Positions 1-12,208 of a stretch of DNA of 64,000 nt are shown here, piece after piece. The notes below the pieces were generated by a model. The model searched no databases. It worked only from the letters and a program-made list of their open reading frames with translations, and had not been told where the DNA came from. Position numbers and translations under genes: made by a program. The stretch's first letter is position 1. The number at the start of each line of letters is the position of its first letter. The stretch comes from Octopus vulgaris (lineage: Eukaryota): positions 5,208,001 to 5,272,000 of the forward strand of contig OX597818.1 of the NCBI GenBank assembly GCA_951406725.2. The letters are read 5' to 3'.

Positions 1-1885
1 GTTGCCGTGTCGTTGTGTGGCTGCTGCCCGTTAGCCTTCCCCGTGTGCTGGGCCTGGTTGAGGTGAAGAGGTGTATCTGGATTTTTAGTTAGCTCTGAAT
101 CTCTCCTGGAGTTAAATATTCTGTTATTTAGGGTATCTATAGTTTGCGATACATTAGGTGTGGTGGAGTAGGATAACTTTATATTGCGTGTATGAAAGAT
201 TTTGTGGTATTCATGTATGTGGAGAAAGTATCTGTCTAGTGCTCTAAAGAAAATGCCGGGTATATCTGAAGCAATGTTCGATGCAAGAGGAGGGTTAAAC
301 CATATTATACTTAAACCATATTTTGCTTACCAGCTTGGTTAGTATTCTGTGCTGTGGGCCAGGCCAGATATCTTAACAACACTTTGCTTACTGCCATCGG
401 GTTTTCTCCAACGCTTAGAGTGTTGCTCTACGATTTTATTATGGTCTGTGTAGTGTAGACGTTCTAATTTATTTCTGTGGGGACGTAAAGTCGTGCTACC
501 TAGTGTGTAGTCTAGCCTATTTAACTCAGAGTTATGTGGTGATGGGAGGTGATCGAGGGTGGGAGCGGGTGCATTCGCCACTGGTATGTATCCAACACTG
601 GCCAATGCTTCAATGAAGTAATGGGTGCTGTGTGAGAAAATGTCGCTATTCGCGGATAACCTCGATATTCTGGCGGAGAATATTTTACGATTGATCTTAT
701 TGCCATCCTGTGGTGGTTAGAGCATCTATTAAAATACTGGAGGTTTTCATTAGGCTTGTGATAAGAGCTATACAAATCCGTTTTGATTTTCAACGTTACA
801 TCTAGGAAGTTTGCTATCCTATCGATACTGTCTGTTGTAACGGAGAGCCGAAAGTTACAGAAAAGGCTTCAAATCCTCTTGCTGATTCGAGTTCTACTTT
901 ACTATATTTGTAGAATGTGAACAAAGCATTATATCTATAAAGACCACCTCCTATATCTGGTAAGACGGACTTTAATTGGTGCAATAGAAACAATCCAACC
1001 AAATCGGTGACTTGGGCTGAGTCACAAGCATCCACGCTTATGTCAAACTTCCCTACCTAATCCTTATGAAACCATAGTTGGTTGTCGAATGTAATTAAGG
1101 TCCTCTTAGTCGCTAAGTTAATATCTGCATCCCTCTTAGATAAAGACGTTTTATTTATGGCAAAGGTCAGGGACTTATGTAGGACTATATGGTTAACAGC
1201 GTAATTTAAATTATTGTCAATCTGTAGAAACTTAGGGTTTGTTTTGAGAGGCAACTTTCTAAACCAGAGTATGACGTCCGTGGTGTCCGACCAAAGGTCA
1301 AAAAGTTCAAGTGCCCTGAGATTTAGGGAGCATTTTGTCTATAATGTTTTAAATTCTGCGGTAGATTGACAAGAATATCTGGTTTATGGTCTTTTAATGT
1401 AATTCTAAATTGTTTGGGTACCTAAGGCTCCGTTCTGTCTTGATTATTTAGGTACTCCTCTATTTTGCGTCCTTCCTGATTGATGTTGTCCAAGTTAGAA
1501 GAATGTGTGGATTTGTATCTCTTAAATAACTCCTTCCTTATATGATCCCTATAATGGTCAATACTTTAGTTGTATAAGTTGCTGGGCTTATCCGGTTGCA
1601 CGTGTACTCCATCACATTTCTTGAGTTCCTTGATGAGATCTCGAAGCTTCCAAAGGTGAATATTCTTGCGTAGCGGGTTTTACTTAATCTTCAAGTTGCG
1701 TATCATAACTATCACATTTTCTTCGAAAGCATCGAGTGGTGTGTTCTAGATTTTAATTCCTGTTCAAGTTGGCGTCTGGTTTCGTTCTTTTTTTATTACT
1801 CTTGTTACGATTTGTTTGATGTTCGAAGTGGAACGCCTTCCATCTCATACGACTGATAAAAGATTTGGTCATCTGATGTAAACAT
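1..1885 (-). mobile_element. Degenerate Penelope-like retroelement ('IIWFNPP' type, possibly Hydra clade), RT region, runs off window start
   Basis: Minus-strand fragments in order: SFISRMRWKAFHF (N-term), IDNNLNYAVNHIVL, MDACDSAQVTDLVGLFLL...GGLYRYNAL (degenerate MGSYDGAE/LYRDD), NFLDVT..YHKPNENLQY, IIWFNPP (~290-310). Many stops and frameshifts; abuts (TA)n/(TG)n at ~1890. Confidence 0.8.
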
Positions 1886-1890
1886 GCATG

Positions 1891-1891
1891 C

Positions 1892-1980
<89 letters not shown>

Positions 1981-2055
1981 AGTATATATATATATCTATA
2001 TATGTATGTATATATATGTATCTATCTATAACTCTAGTTCTCTCTCCCTCTTTCA

Positions 2056-2115
<60 letters not shown>
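1891..2115. repeat. Compound microsatellite (TA)n/(TG)n/(TC)n
   Basis: Directly visible dinucleotide tracts. Confidence 0.97.
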
Positions 2116-2119
<4 letters not shown>

Positions 2120-2503
2120 TTATTATAATTAAAAAACTGTTTCTTCTTTACTTATATATAGCTCATATGAGTAAATTAAAGAAACGAATAATAATATTTT
2201 ATGAATTTTTGTCAATATTTTATCAAATAATGGCAATCAATTTCAGTGACTTTTCAGAGAATCACTATTTTCCCAAAGAAGACAAGTTCATGAATGGCAA
2301 TAATTTTCCTTACTTACTAAAAATGGAAATAATAGTGGCTTAAATTTCTTTCATTGAAATTATGTCTTTATCTAAAATCTGTAAATCAATATAAAAATTA
2401 TCATACGACTAGAGACATCTCCGTTTATTCTAAATCGGTTTAAAGTGATTTCTGTTTGTATAACTCTTCCTGTCACTCACATTCCTTCTGTTTCTCTAAT
2501 ACA

Positions 2504-2506
<3 letters not shown>

Positions 2507-2590
<84 letters not shown>

Positions 2591-2700
2591 GTGTCTGTGC
2601 GTGTGTGTGTATGAGTGTGTATGAGTGTATGTGTGTGTGTGTGTGTATATGAGTGTGTGTGATGAATGTGTGTGTGTGTGCGGGGGTGTATTTGTGTATA
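2507..2700. repeat. Compound microsatellite (TA)n(TG)n
   Basis: Directly visible. Confidence 0.97.
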
Positions 2701-3673
2701 CCTATATAATTGTTCACACTCAAACTCATTCATCTACGTAGAATTAATTGTGAATGTGAGTGCGTGTAGGTCTCTCTCCATATGAATATAAATCAAAAAG
2801 ACTTAGGATGTTTTGGTTGTTGGAAGGCATACTTTACATGGATTATATTTTATTAATGTGCAAAAACTAGATGATGTATTGAAATCGTTCACATATCTAG
2901 TTGATCGATTTGAAATCGGACATTATGATTTCAATTTACCATGCATTATTTTGCGCACGCGCACACATACATACATGCATATGCACACAGAAAATTCGAT
3001 ACACCTCTCCACATCTATTGCGTTGTGTATGTGCTTATAAGTATCTATGTGTATAGAAAACTTGAAAATTTTCTTGGCAAATGGAATATTTTCCACGGAT
3101 TATATTTCATCCATATTTTATAAATATATGAAAAATTAAGTCATCCACATGCTATTTAATATTTCAGTGTTAGATTTTAATCATCACATTGGGATATTAA
3201 TTTACTAAACGTTATTTTGTATATATCTAGTCTCATAAAGAAATATTTTTCTGTTTATACTGAAATTAGTAAAAAGATTTACAGCCAGTTCATGAAGAGA
3301 GCATTCCTTTTAGCTCGTCATATCAAAATACGAGTTGTTAATCTTGACTATTGGACATTAAAATTCTATGATACCTAAGACGTCTTGAGAAATGTTGACT
3401 AATTTGTGAAAGATAGCCTCTGGCTATTTTATTGAAACATCTGGATTGACAAAGGAAGGTCAACTAGATTATATTTCTCTTCCTAACGCTTCGGGAATGA
3501 TGAGGATTTGTGGCAATTCCATATACTCTAACTTATCTGTAAGCCTTTCCTTGCTGAAGGTGCCTCGATACAATGGTATACAGCCTGATGAATATCACTC
3601 TGTCCGACAATACACGGAGTCTCATTTTCCGACGCCTGCAATAGATAAGTTAACTCCGAGGTAGATGCATGTG

Positions 3674-3729
<56 letters not shown>

Positions 3730-3827
3730 AGGGAATATATATATCATTAATATTTGAGGGAATAAAATCTAAACCTTACAAGGAAAAAAATTCAATTTAG
3801 AAATACTAAATCAAATTTTACACAATA

Positions 3828-3894
<67 letters not shown>

Positions 3895-4018
3895 GAAAAA
3901 ACACCTTTTATCAATTCAAAAGGAACAATTAAATAACACCATCTAGAAAATTAAATATAATTGAAATATTAACATTAAAATAATAAAATGTCAAAGATTA
4001 AGTAAGTTGCAAAAAGAA

Positions 4019-4070
4019 AATAATAATAACGTATATAAATTGTATACAATTTATATACGTTATTATTATT
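4019..4070. repeat. Perfect 52-bp palindrome within a (TA)n-flanked AT-rich element relic (~3727-4510)
   Basis: AATAATAATAACGTATATAAATTGTA|TACAATTTATATACGTTATTATTATT is self-reverse-complementary. Confidence 0.9.
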
Positions 4071-4508
4071 ATTAAGTGTGTATAACCATAGGTAATTATA
4101 CACTAAAAGGAAAACCACTAAGTGGTTTCCTTGCGTTCTAAAAGAAGATGGCAGATCTTCAAACCACGAAAGAAACATTCCCTTACATAGCGCATTGGAT
4201 TTATGCGAGCAATACAATATAAAAAAGACTTTGAAGTTTCACCATAAATAATTAAACAATCATCTGTGGAACTTCAATAGAAACTGCCGGAGATGCATAA
4301 TAATAAAACTCAAATATATACCATATCTAAAAAGGACACACGTGCATACCGAATTCTATCTTTATGCGTCTTCAAACAAAACGCCAGGACATATTAAATC
4401 AGCAGTGAATTACCTGACTGAACAACTAAAATATTTAAATATATGTATATTAAGGGTATAAATTATTGTAATCATTTTTATCCTTAATATACTTATATAC
4501 TTATAAAC

Positions 4509-4575
<67 letters not shown>

Positions 4576-4577
4576 TA

Positions 4578-4899
4578 TGCTGCGACCCCCTTCGGTCATG
4601 ACTGACCATGGGATTGCACCTACAAAGTTACCCTCCCAGGCACAAGTCCAGGCAAGGTTGTTTTATGCAAGACCACCAGTCGCCCATGCATACCGGCCTC
4701 GCCTCTCCACGCCACCAGTGTTATCCAAGGGAAAGGCAAAGGGCGATACAGCTTGGCGCCTGTGACATTGCAGCTCATTTCTACAGCTGCGTTAACTGGA
4801 GCAACGTGAAATAAAGCGTCTTGCTCAAGAACACAACGCGCAGCCCGGTCCGGGATTCGAACTCATAACTTCACGATCGTAAGCTCGACGCTGTAACCA
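4578..4899 (-). mobile_element. tRNA-derived SINE (octopus OK-like family)
   Basis: Minus strand has a tRNA-like head with B-box GAGTTCGAATCC. The body is homologous to 54430-54741. Family name is from recalled consensus. Confidence 0.8.
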
Positions 4900-4919
4900 A
4901 TGTGTATATATATATATAA

Positions 4920-5527
4920 ATCAATGCAGTGTAAACATCTTTCCTCACTTACTCCAAAAGAGGCCAGTTTAGTTTCATCTGCTGGAAAGCTGATGGCTTC
5001 AGCCTTTCGGGGTGTAAAATGCATTGTGTTTATTGACCATATTCAAAACAGCCACATCATCAATAGGGAGTACAATGCTAATTTACCGAGGCAGTTACGA
5101 AGGCTATCAAGACTTATTTAAATTGTATACAATTTATATACGTTATAGGGAAACAAAAAGAAACGGCTCTTGCTTTATCACGACAATGCTCCAGCCCACA
5201 AGTCTTTGATTTCAGTGGCTGCTGTGCGTGACTGGTTTTTAACTGACTCATTAACATTCTCCTGATTTTGCTCCATTTTTCTTATCATCTGTTCTCCAAG
5301 TAGAAAAATCACTGGATTGGGAACCACTATCGTAGTGATGGAAACACTATAAGTGCTGTTGATGGATTTTTGAGTAACAGAATGAAAGCTTTTTCACTAT
5401 TGGGATAGAAGCTCTGCAACACCGTTGGAAGAAGTGTGTGGACTGCAAAGGGGATTATGTTGAAAATTCAACCTCTTTTGGTCACATTCCATCAGAGTAT
5501 CTTGATCAGCGTATGAACTTTTCATAC
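4920..5527 (+). mobile_element. Mariner (DD34D-type) transposase 3' relic
   Basis: SAGKLMASAFRGVKCIVFID (cf. SAGKVMASVFWD), HDNAPAH, SPDFAP, CVDCKGDYVE; frameshifted. Confidence 0.85.
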
Positions 5528-5537
5528 ATGCATAAAT

Positions 5538-6355
5538 GTGGTCTAATCAATAAGTATCTGGACTGTTGCCCTAATAACGAAGCTAAAGCATGCAGAGTAA
5601 AGCGACTTGGCACAGATTGACCTTCAAATCTGCTGTGCATGCGCACTAAGGCTTAACGTTCTATCGCACTTCCGCTATTTACAGCAATGCTTGCAATGAA
5701 CGTTCGTCGCACTGACCATGACAGAAATTTAAGTAAAGAATCTTCATCAAATTTTGCCGGATGCAAAGTTTTCGACAAGTTTCGAAAAGTTTTCATCGTT
5801 CTCGACACAATCAAGGAGATTTTGTGCAACTGAACCCGAGTGTCTTTTTGGTCAGCTGAAAGCAGTTTAGGTGTCTCATATCCATATCTTCAGTGATAAT
5901 GGACTGAACGGAACCGTAACTAATCTACACATCCTGATAACTCACGGATGGTGATTCGACGATTTCCCTTCACAGCTGCATGCATATCTGCGATTTTTTT
6001 CTCAGTTCTACTGGTTGCAGGTCTCCCAGAAAGTTCGTCAATATCGACATTTTTTTCGGCCATCTCGCAAACGTTTGAAACATTTGTACACTTGTGTGCG
6101 GCATATGCACTTCTTTCCATACACCTTCTGCAATATTGCGTAGGCCTCTGAACAGATATCGCCATGACAGATATCTGTCATGGTCAATGCGACGATCACA
6201 CGTTACACACTTTACTTCGAAGTACTGCTGTAAACGGTAGAAGTGAGCTAGAACGTTAAAACAGTACACATGCACAGCAGAAGTTATGGTCCATTTGAGC
6301 TAAGTAGTTTTACTCTACTATGGCAACAGTCCAGATACTTATTGATCAGACCACG
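5538..6355. mobile_element. Non-autonomous mariner derivative with ~33-bp TIRs, built from two inverted 5' ends
   Basis: GTGGTCTAATCAATAAGTATCTGGACTGTTGCC (5538) vs GGCAACAGTCCAGATACTTATTGATCAGACCAC (6322-6354). Minus-strand HTH remnant SGRPATSRTEKKIAD..RRITIREL. Confidence 0.85.
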
Positions 6356-6356
6356 C

Positions 6357-6391
<35 letters not shown>

Positions 6392-6421
6392 TATACATAC
6401 ATACATACACACACACACGCT

Positions 6422-6458
<37 letters not shown>

Positions 6459-7427
6459 ATATAAATATATACACACACATCGGTTTTGAGGCTGTAATTT
6501 CCTCGTAAGTGACTTCTTATAAATCCGGATATCAACTGGTCTCATCAAATCTATTGAAAGAAAGTTACGGAATATATATGGATAAACTGTCTAATAATAT
6601 GTAATGTCAATAAAAGAAAAAAGGTTATACTTGGTTAATTTTATTTGTATCACGATGAAAAAAGCTTACTGCCACGACTTAACACATGAGGAGAAACCTT
6701 ATTTGAACAAACATGAAAATATAGAAACAGAATAGGTTAGAAAACATTTCAAATCAAGGAAACATCCGCCGCATAAAAGAGATCTTGATTCTTTCGAAGA
6801 TCATATTTGGATGCAATATAGAACATTACATTTGTGAAGCACCCATTTAGAAATCAGCACATGGGGAAATTAAAGAACATTATCTTAGAACTGAAATCTA
6901 AAGAAGGAATATTGGTTACCTCCGGCAAGACTTGAAATCTGTCCAATATGAACATTGATTTATACCATGATCTTATTCAGAAGGAAATTACAAAAAATAT
7001 AAAGTAGCAAATATAAACAAACTTTAAAATATTAAATTTGAGTGTAAAAAAATAATGACAAAATATAATATTGATGATTTGACTGAACCTTTAATCCCTT
7101 TATGACCTAGAATATCCCTTAAGGACCATATACCTAATTTCTTTACTTATCCTAAAGTTAAATTACTTTGCCCAGGAAAATCAGACATAGGTAAATTAAG
7201 TAAATTAATTTTAGATAGATATATACTCCAACTTAAGAATACATTAAGATTACACCTCTGGTCTAGTTCACAAGATATTATCAATTGGCTTAATACAATT
7301 GATAATAAAGATAGGCATAGATTTATACAGGTAGATATAAATGATTATTAATCTTCAGTAAACTCCCTAACATTAAATAGTGACCTCATCATTGCTATGT
7401 GTCAAACTAACTTGTCTCGCCAAGAAA

Positions 7428-9601
7428 CACTGTGCAACACTCAAAAAAGTACAAGAGATCTGTGGTCATTTTTATATGCAAAATGACATGGGAAATCCAT
7501 GGTTTCTACAGATTTGTCACTGTATACTCTTTTTGTCATTATTATTAAATAAAATTCTCTACCGCATTGTAAAATGGGTTTCAACCCAGGGCTAGAGACC
7601 AATCTTAGTAACACCTACAACGTGATTCAAAGCTTGTGTTTAATGTTATTTTTTATCTTTCAGATCTTATTTGTTTTCAACAATGAGTGCAAGACAGGGC
7701 AAAAATGATCCAAACAGATTCTGTTATATCTGGGGGGAATTGACTTTTGCTTAAGAAAAGCGCAGTATTACATGCCATATCAAGAAAATATACGAGGTGT
7801 ACTTCGATTGTTACTTAGGAGACCAGGATAAGTCATGGGCTCTTCATGTGTGCTGCCTTACATGCGTGAAGACATTGAGTGCCTGGTTTGCAGGAAAATG
7901 TTCACATGAAGTTTGGTGTGCCAATGATTTGGTCTGTGCAGAAAGAGCACTCTAATGATTGGTATTTCTGTCAGCATGACTTTACAGGCTGCAGTACAGC
8001 AAAGAAAAAGAAACACATTGTTTACCCAAATTTGAAATCAGCAATGCGCCATGTAGAGCACTGAGAAAATTTACCTGTGCCCAAATCTCCAGATCAAGAA
8101 ATACAGAGTCCCAGCAGTGCTGATGAACATTCCAGTGGTGAATGTGTGGAGCCCAATGATCCAGAAAGTGAGAATAAACCAATACCATTTTCTCAAAAGG
8201 CTCTAAATGACTTGTGCAGGGATCTCAATTTAACCAGGGAAAAGTGGGTTTCTGGCATCAAGGCTTCAAGAACGTAATCTTCTTGAGAAAGGATTGAAGA
8301 TAACATTGTACAGAAAACGTACAGAGGATCTGCTTGCATTATTCGCCATGAAGGATGACTTATGCTTTTGTAATGATATCACTGAACTTTTTGAGCAACT
8401 GGAAATAACATATGATAAAATCAACTGGCGACTTTTCATAGATGCATCCAAAGACAGCATCAAAGTTGTTCTGCTACACAATGGTAACATTCTGCCTTCT
8501 GTTCCCATAGTTTACAGCACACCCATGAAAGAATCATATGGAAATCTGAAAGCAATTCTAACAAGCACACAGTATGATGACCGTACCTGGCATATTTGTG
8601 CAGATTTTAAGGTTGTGGTCATGTTCACTGGCCTTCAGCTTGGCTATACTGAATTATGCTGCTTCCTGTGCTTATGGAATTCCAGAGCAAGAGCTGAATA
8701 TTATGTTCGCAAGGATTGGCCGATGAAATTGAATAAGGAAAACAATATCATGCACAAACCACTTGTGAAAAGTAATAGAATTCTTTTACCACCTTTGCAT
8801 ATTAAACTTGGTTTGTTTAAGCAATTTGTTAAAGCCTTGGACAAGGAATCCCCCGCATTTGCATATTTTGTAGAAAAGTTCCCTTTCCTGAGTCAAGCTA
8901 AAATGAAAGGTATCTTCATAGGTCCCCAAATTCGAAAAATTGTACTTGATGAAACCTTCATCACACATCTCAAGAGAAAAGAGAAGCTTGCCTTTGAGTC
9001 ATTCAAGAAAGTTTGCAATAACGTCCAGAGCAACCATCATTCAGAAGACCATGTGCAAGTTGTGAATGATCTGCTGAGTCATTATCATGATATGGGATGT
9101 AACATGTCTCTAAAAGTTTATGTGCTTCACTCTCATTTGAATTTTTTGCGGAAAGTCTTGGTGATGTGAGTGATGAACATGGCGAAAGATTCCATCAGGA
9201 TATTTCAGTGATAGAGTGACGATTCAAAGGAAAATGGAACCCTGGCATGTTGGCAGACTACTGCTGGGGTATGAAAAAACAGAAGATCACACTCCGCACA
9301 AGAGGCTTAGAGGGGCAAAAGTTGTTTAAACTGACAGGTGTGTTTTTAATTCATAACCATTATGTTTTGTTTTACCAACTAAATTTTTTGCTTTGTTTTC
9401 TGTAACTTTCAGTATTTGCAATGTTGTGTTCAATACGCAATACTATGCAGTATATTATAAAAAATATGGTTCATGGTACAGGAAAACGGTGCCTAATCAG
9501 GAGAAATAAATGTCAGAATCAGAATACGGACAATTTTTTGACCCAGAAACAAATCTTACTTAACTTGTACTTTTTTTGAACCTGAAATTTGTTGCACAGT
9601 G
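7428..9601 (+). mobile_element. Chapaev3-like (CMC superfamily) DNA transposon, full length but disabled
   Basis: Termini CACTGTGCAACA...TGTTGCACAGTG, subterminal TCAAAAAAGTACAAG shared by both ends, 3-bp TSD AAA. Confidence 0.85.
7683..9328 (+). pseudogene. Chapaev3-type transposase, frameshifted
   Basis: FCYI.G, GDQDKSWA.HVCC, FGVPMIW, WRLFIDASKDSIKVVLLHNGN, CCFLCLWNSRA, LLPPLHIKLGL, GIFIGPQIR, GCNMSLKV..LHSHL, SDEHGERFHQDI, MLADYCW; several stops and frameshifts. Confidence 0.88.
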
Positions 9602-9784
9602 AAATTAATATCATACTTACAGCACGAAAATTAATATTCTTTTATGTTTATTTCTTTTGTTGATTCGCTTCCTTTACATCGTGAATCTTTTATGTATTAC
9701 TTTTTTTCATCGTGATACAAATAAAATTAACCAAGTATCCACTATATTTCTTTATTTTCTTTTATTAACTTTACACGTTATATA

Positions 9785-9839
<55 letters not shown>

Positions 9840-9846
<7 letters not shown>

Positions 9847-10588
9847 TAATAAAGGGTTAATTGCAGCAAGTTGCTCAAAACCACATACCGAAAATATTAG
9901 AAATAGCAGCCAAATTGATCACTATTTCTCCTACTAATAAAAAAAGTCTCCACAAACAAACAGAATTTGTAACCCGTAAATGGTAAAAAAAAAAAGAAAA
10001 TAACGAAATCCCAGCCTATGGATTAATTATAGACGAATCATTTCTGGATTAGAACCGAAGGCTCATTTCCTTGTCAATATAATATTTCCTATAAATCTAG
10101 AAATGCTACGGAAAAATACTCACCCATTACACCGGCTTGACCAGCGACATCGAACGATCTAACGGACTGTTAGCATCCCTACATTTATATAGACATGCGA
10201 ATTCGTATCTCCCTCCAAAATTACCACGTGAGTTACAAAAACATTACCAACGAAACGAAGTTTCGTAGATTTCTTGTAAGGGAGCAATAGTATTCAATAT
10301 ACAAAAACGGGTGAAATATAATTAATTTAATAAAATTAATAAATTTCACCTAGTAGATTTATCGGTATGGAAAAGACCATATTTGGTAAGAATTATATTA
10401 ATTATAATAAAAGGGTTAATTGCAACAAGTTGCTCAAAACCACATACCGAAAATATTAGAAATAGCAGCCAAATTGATCACTATTTCTCCTACTAATAAA
10501 AAAGTCTCCACAAACAAACAGAATTTGTAACGCGTATATGGTAAAAAGAAAGAAAATAACGAAATCCCAGCCTATGGATTAATTATAG
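9840..10588. repeat. ~190-bp direct repeats (9840-10032, 10399-10588) flanking a ~370-bp core; probable non-autonomous PLE-type partial tandem
   Basis: Near-identical direct repeats seen by eye, starting at a (TA)n tract. The PLE assignment is inference. Confidence 0.7.
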
Positions 10589-10699
10589 GTGTGAGCAAAA
10601 GCCGTATTACAATTTACAAGGAGTTGATTCCTGTAAATTCTCTGAAGGCTGGCAACACCTGCATGACTCAAGCATTTCCTCCCACAAATCACACACATA

Positions 10700-12065
10700 A
10701 AATAGCAACACTCCCTCATTTTCCACAGGTTCATTCTTTCTAAACCTTTTCTTGATTCTCTCGTGCTTCATTCTCTATTTCAAACATCGAACACCACTGC
10801 ACACTCTTTTTCTCCATCCATTTTGATCTTATGCCTTTCTCTCCTAATCAACAACTGAAACTCATTTCTGTGTTAGAGCAATTCTGAAGCAGACTTAAAC
10901 CTCATTTTGGGCTTATGTACTGGACTCCTACCGTCTTCCAGCTCACTATCCAAAAGTTGCTGAGGAAGTCTTTCACCATCCGTTCTCACCAGATGTCCAC
11001 CTCGCCCCAAAGAACACCACTTTTCTCAAGTGCTTCCACATCACTGATCGCCATTTTCTAATTTATCCCACGAATTTCCCGAAGACAATATTGATGATAT
11101 CATTCCAAATGCCTTAAATGCCTACAATAAACAACCCATGTTTCACTTCCATAGAGCAACGATGGCAGAATACATGTGCTACAAGATCTAACTTTTTTCG
11201 AAAGATATACCATGACGTGACCAGAGACGCTTGCCAAGCCTACCAAAGGCACTACTAGCCTTGTTGCTTTTATATGAAATTTCATCATCAAGACCAGTAG
11301 TGCTCAAAGTACTTCTTAGATAAATGAATTTAGTTACAACGTCTGTCCATACACAGTCACAGAAGGTTCCATATAAAGTTTAGAGGGGGTAGATTGGTAC
11401 AGTAGAATCGGCCCAATGTTGTATATGTTACAGAAATCGCATTCACCATGTGCTGTATATCTTCTTGGGAATGTGTTAACAGGTCACAATCATCAGCATA
11501 CAAGAACTCAGTGATATGAGAATGAAGAACTTCCGTTTTGGTACAAAGTCTTTTGAGTTTAAAAGTTTTCTCACTACCCTACATCTTATATAGACTTCTA
11601 CAGCATAATCGTCGAAGGCTGTTTGAAAGACTATTGTAACATACAGAACAAACAAGGTAAGAACGGGAATACTACCCTGTTTTGCAGCATTTTCTACAGA
11701 AACCGGATCTGACAAGGTGCCTCCAGCATTACCACTTACATCAACCTCGTCATGAAATTATCTAAGCATTCTTACAAATTTTCAGGGCAGCTCAACTTTT
11801 TCAGGATCTCCCAAAATCAAACGCTTTCATCAGATCAATAAAACCTTCATATAAGTCAATATCCTGTTCGATGCACTTCTCTTGTAACTGTCTAGCTGAA
11901 AATATCACATCTATGGTACTCGTACCACCTTTAAACCCACGTGATTCTGGTAGAATCTCATCAGTAATGTGCAGAAACAATCTATACAGCATTGGCCTAC
12001 AAAGGACTTTCCCAACCAGAGCTAACAGACAGATGTCACAAAAGTTACTGCAGACATCCTTTCCA
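10700..12065 (-). mobile_element. RTE-clade LINE relic (RT and C-terminal region)
   Basis: ILPESRGFKGGTSTIDVIFSARQLQEKCIEQDIDLYEGFIDLMKAFD; VENAAKQGSIPVLTLF; ILPSLLYGSETWVVYCRHLRHLE. Confidence 0.85.
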
Positions 12066-12208
12066 CCTTTCTATGTCCGTCTACCAAATTCACTCCCACG
12101 GCTTTGGTCAGCCCGAGGCTGTATAAGAAGACACTTGTCCAAGATGCCATGGAGTGGGACTGAATACCAAACCATGTGATTGGGAGGCAAACTTACCACA
12201 GCCACTCC
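12066..12208 (-). mobile_element. SINE 5' portion (OR1-like)
   Basis: Homologous to 27706-27860; tRNA-like head on minus strand. Confidence 0.75.

Larger units (their letters stand above)
6560..9780 (+). mobile_element. Degenerate Penelope-like element ('IIWFNPP' type), interrupted by a Chapaev-like transposon and ending in an inverted terminal segment
   Basis: FKSRKHPP..DSFEDH, RISLKDHIPNF..KVKLLCPGKSDIGKLSK, LWSSSQDIINW, FIQVDINDY. Frame LSRQE|INIILTARK resumes at 9602. 9700-9737 is the reverse complement of 6627-6664. (TA)n on both flanks. Confidence 0.8.

Noticed and set aside
4109-4168. Hammerhead on minus strand (TTGAAGA...GAAACCACTTAGTGGT)
   Set aside because: No stem I pairing, a U3/G8 mismatch and a disfavoured GUU site; better read as a simple hairpin.
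4830-4899. tRNA gene at SINE heads (also ~27790-27860, ~54670-54741)
   Set aside because: Only A/B-box-like remnants attached to SINE bodies; no complete cloverleaf.
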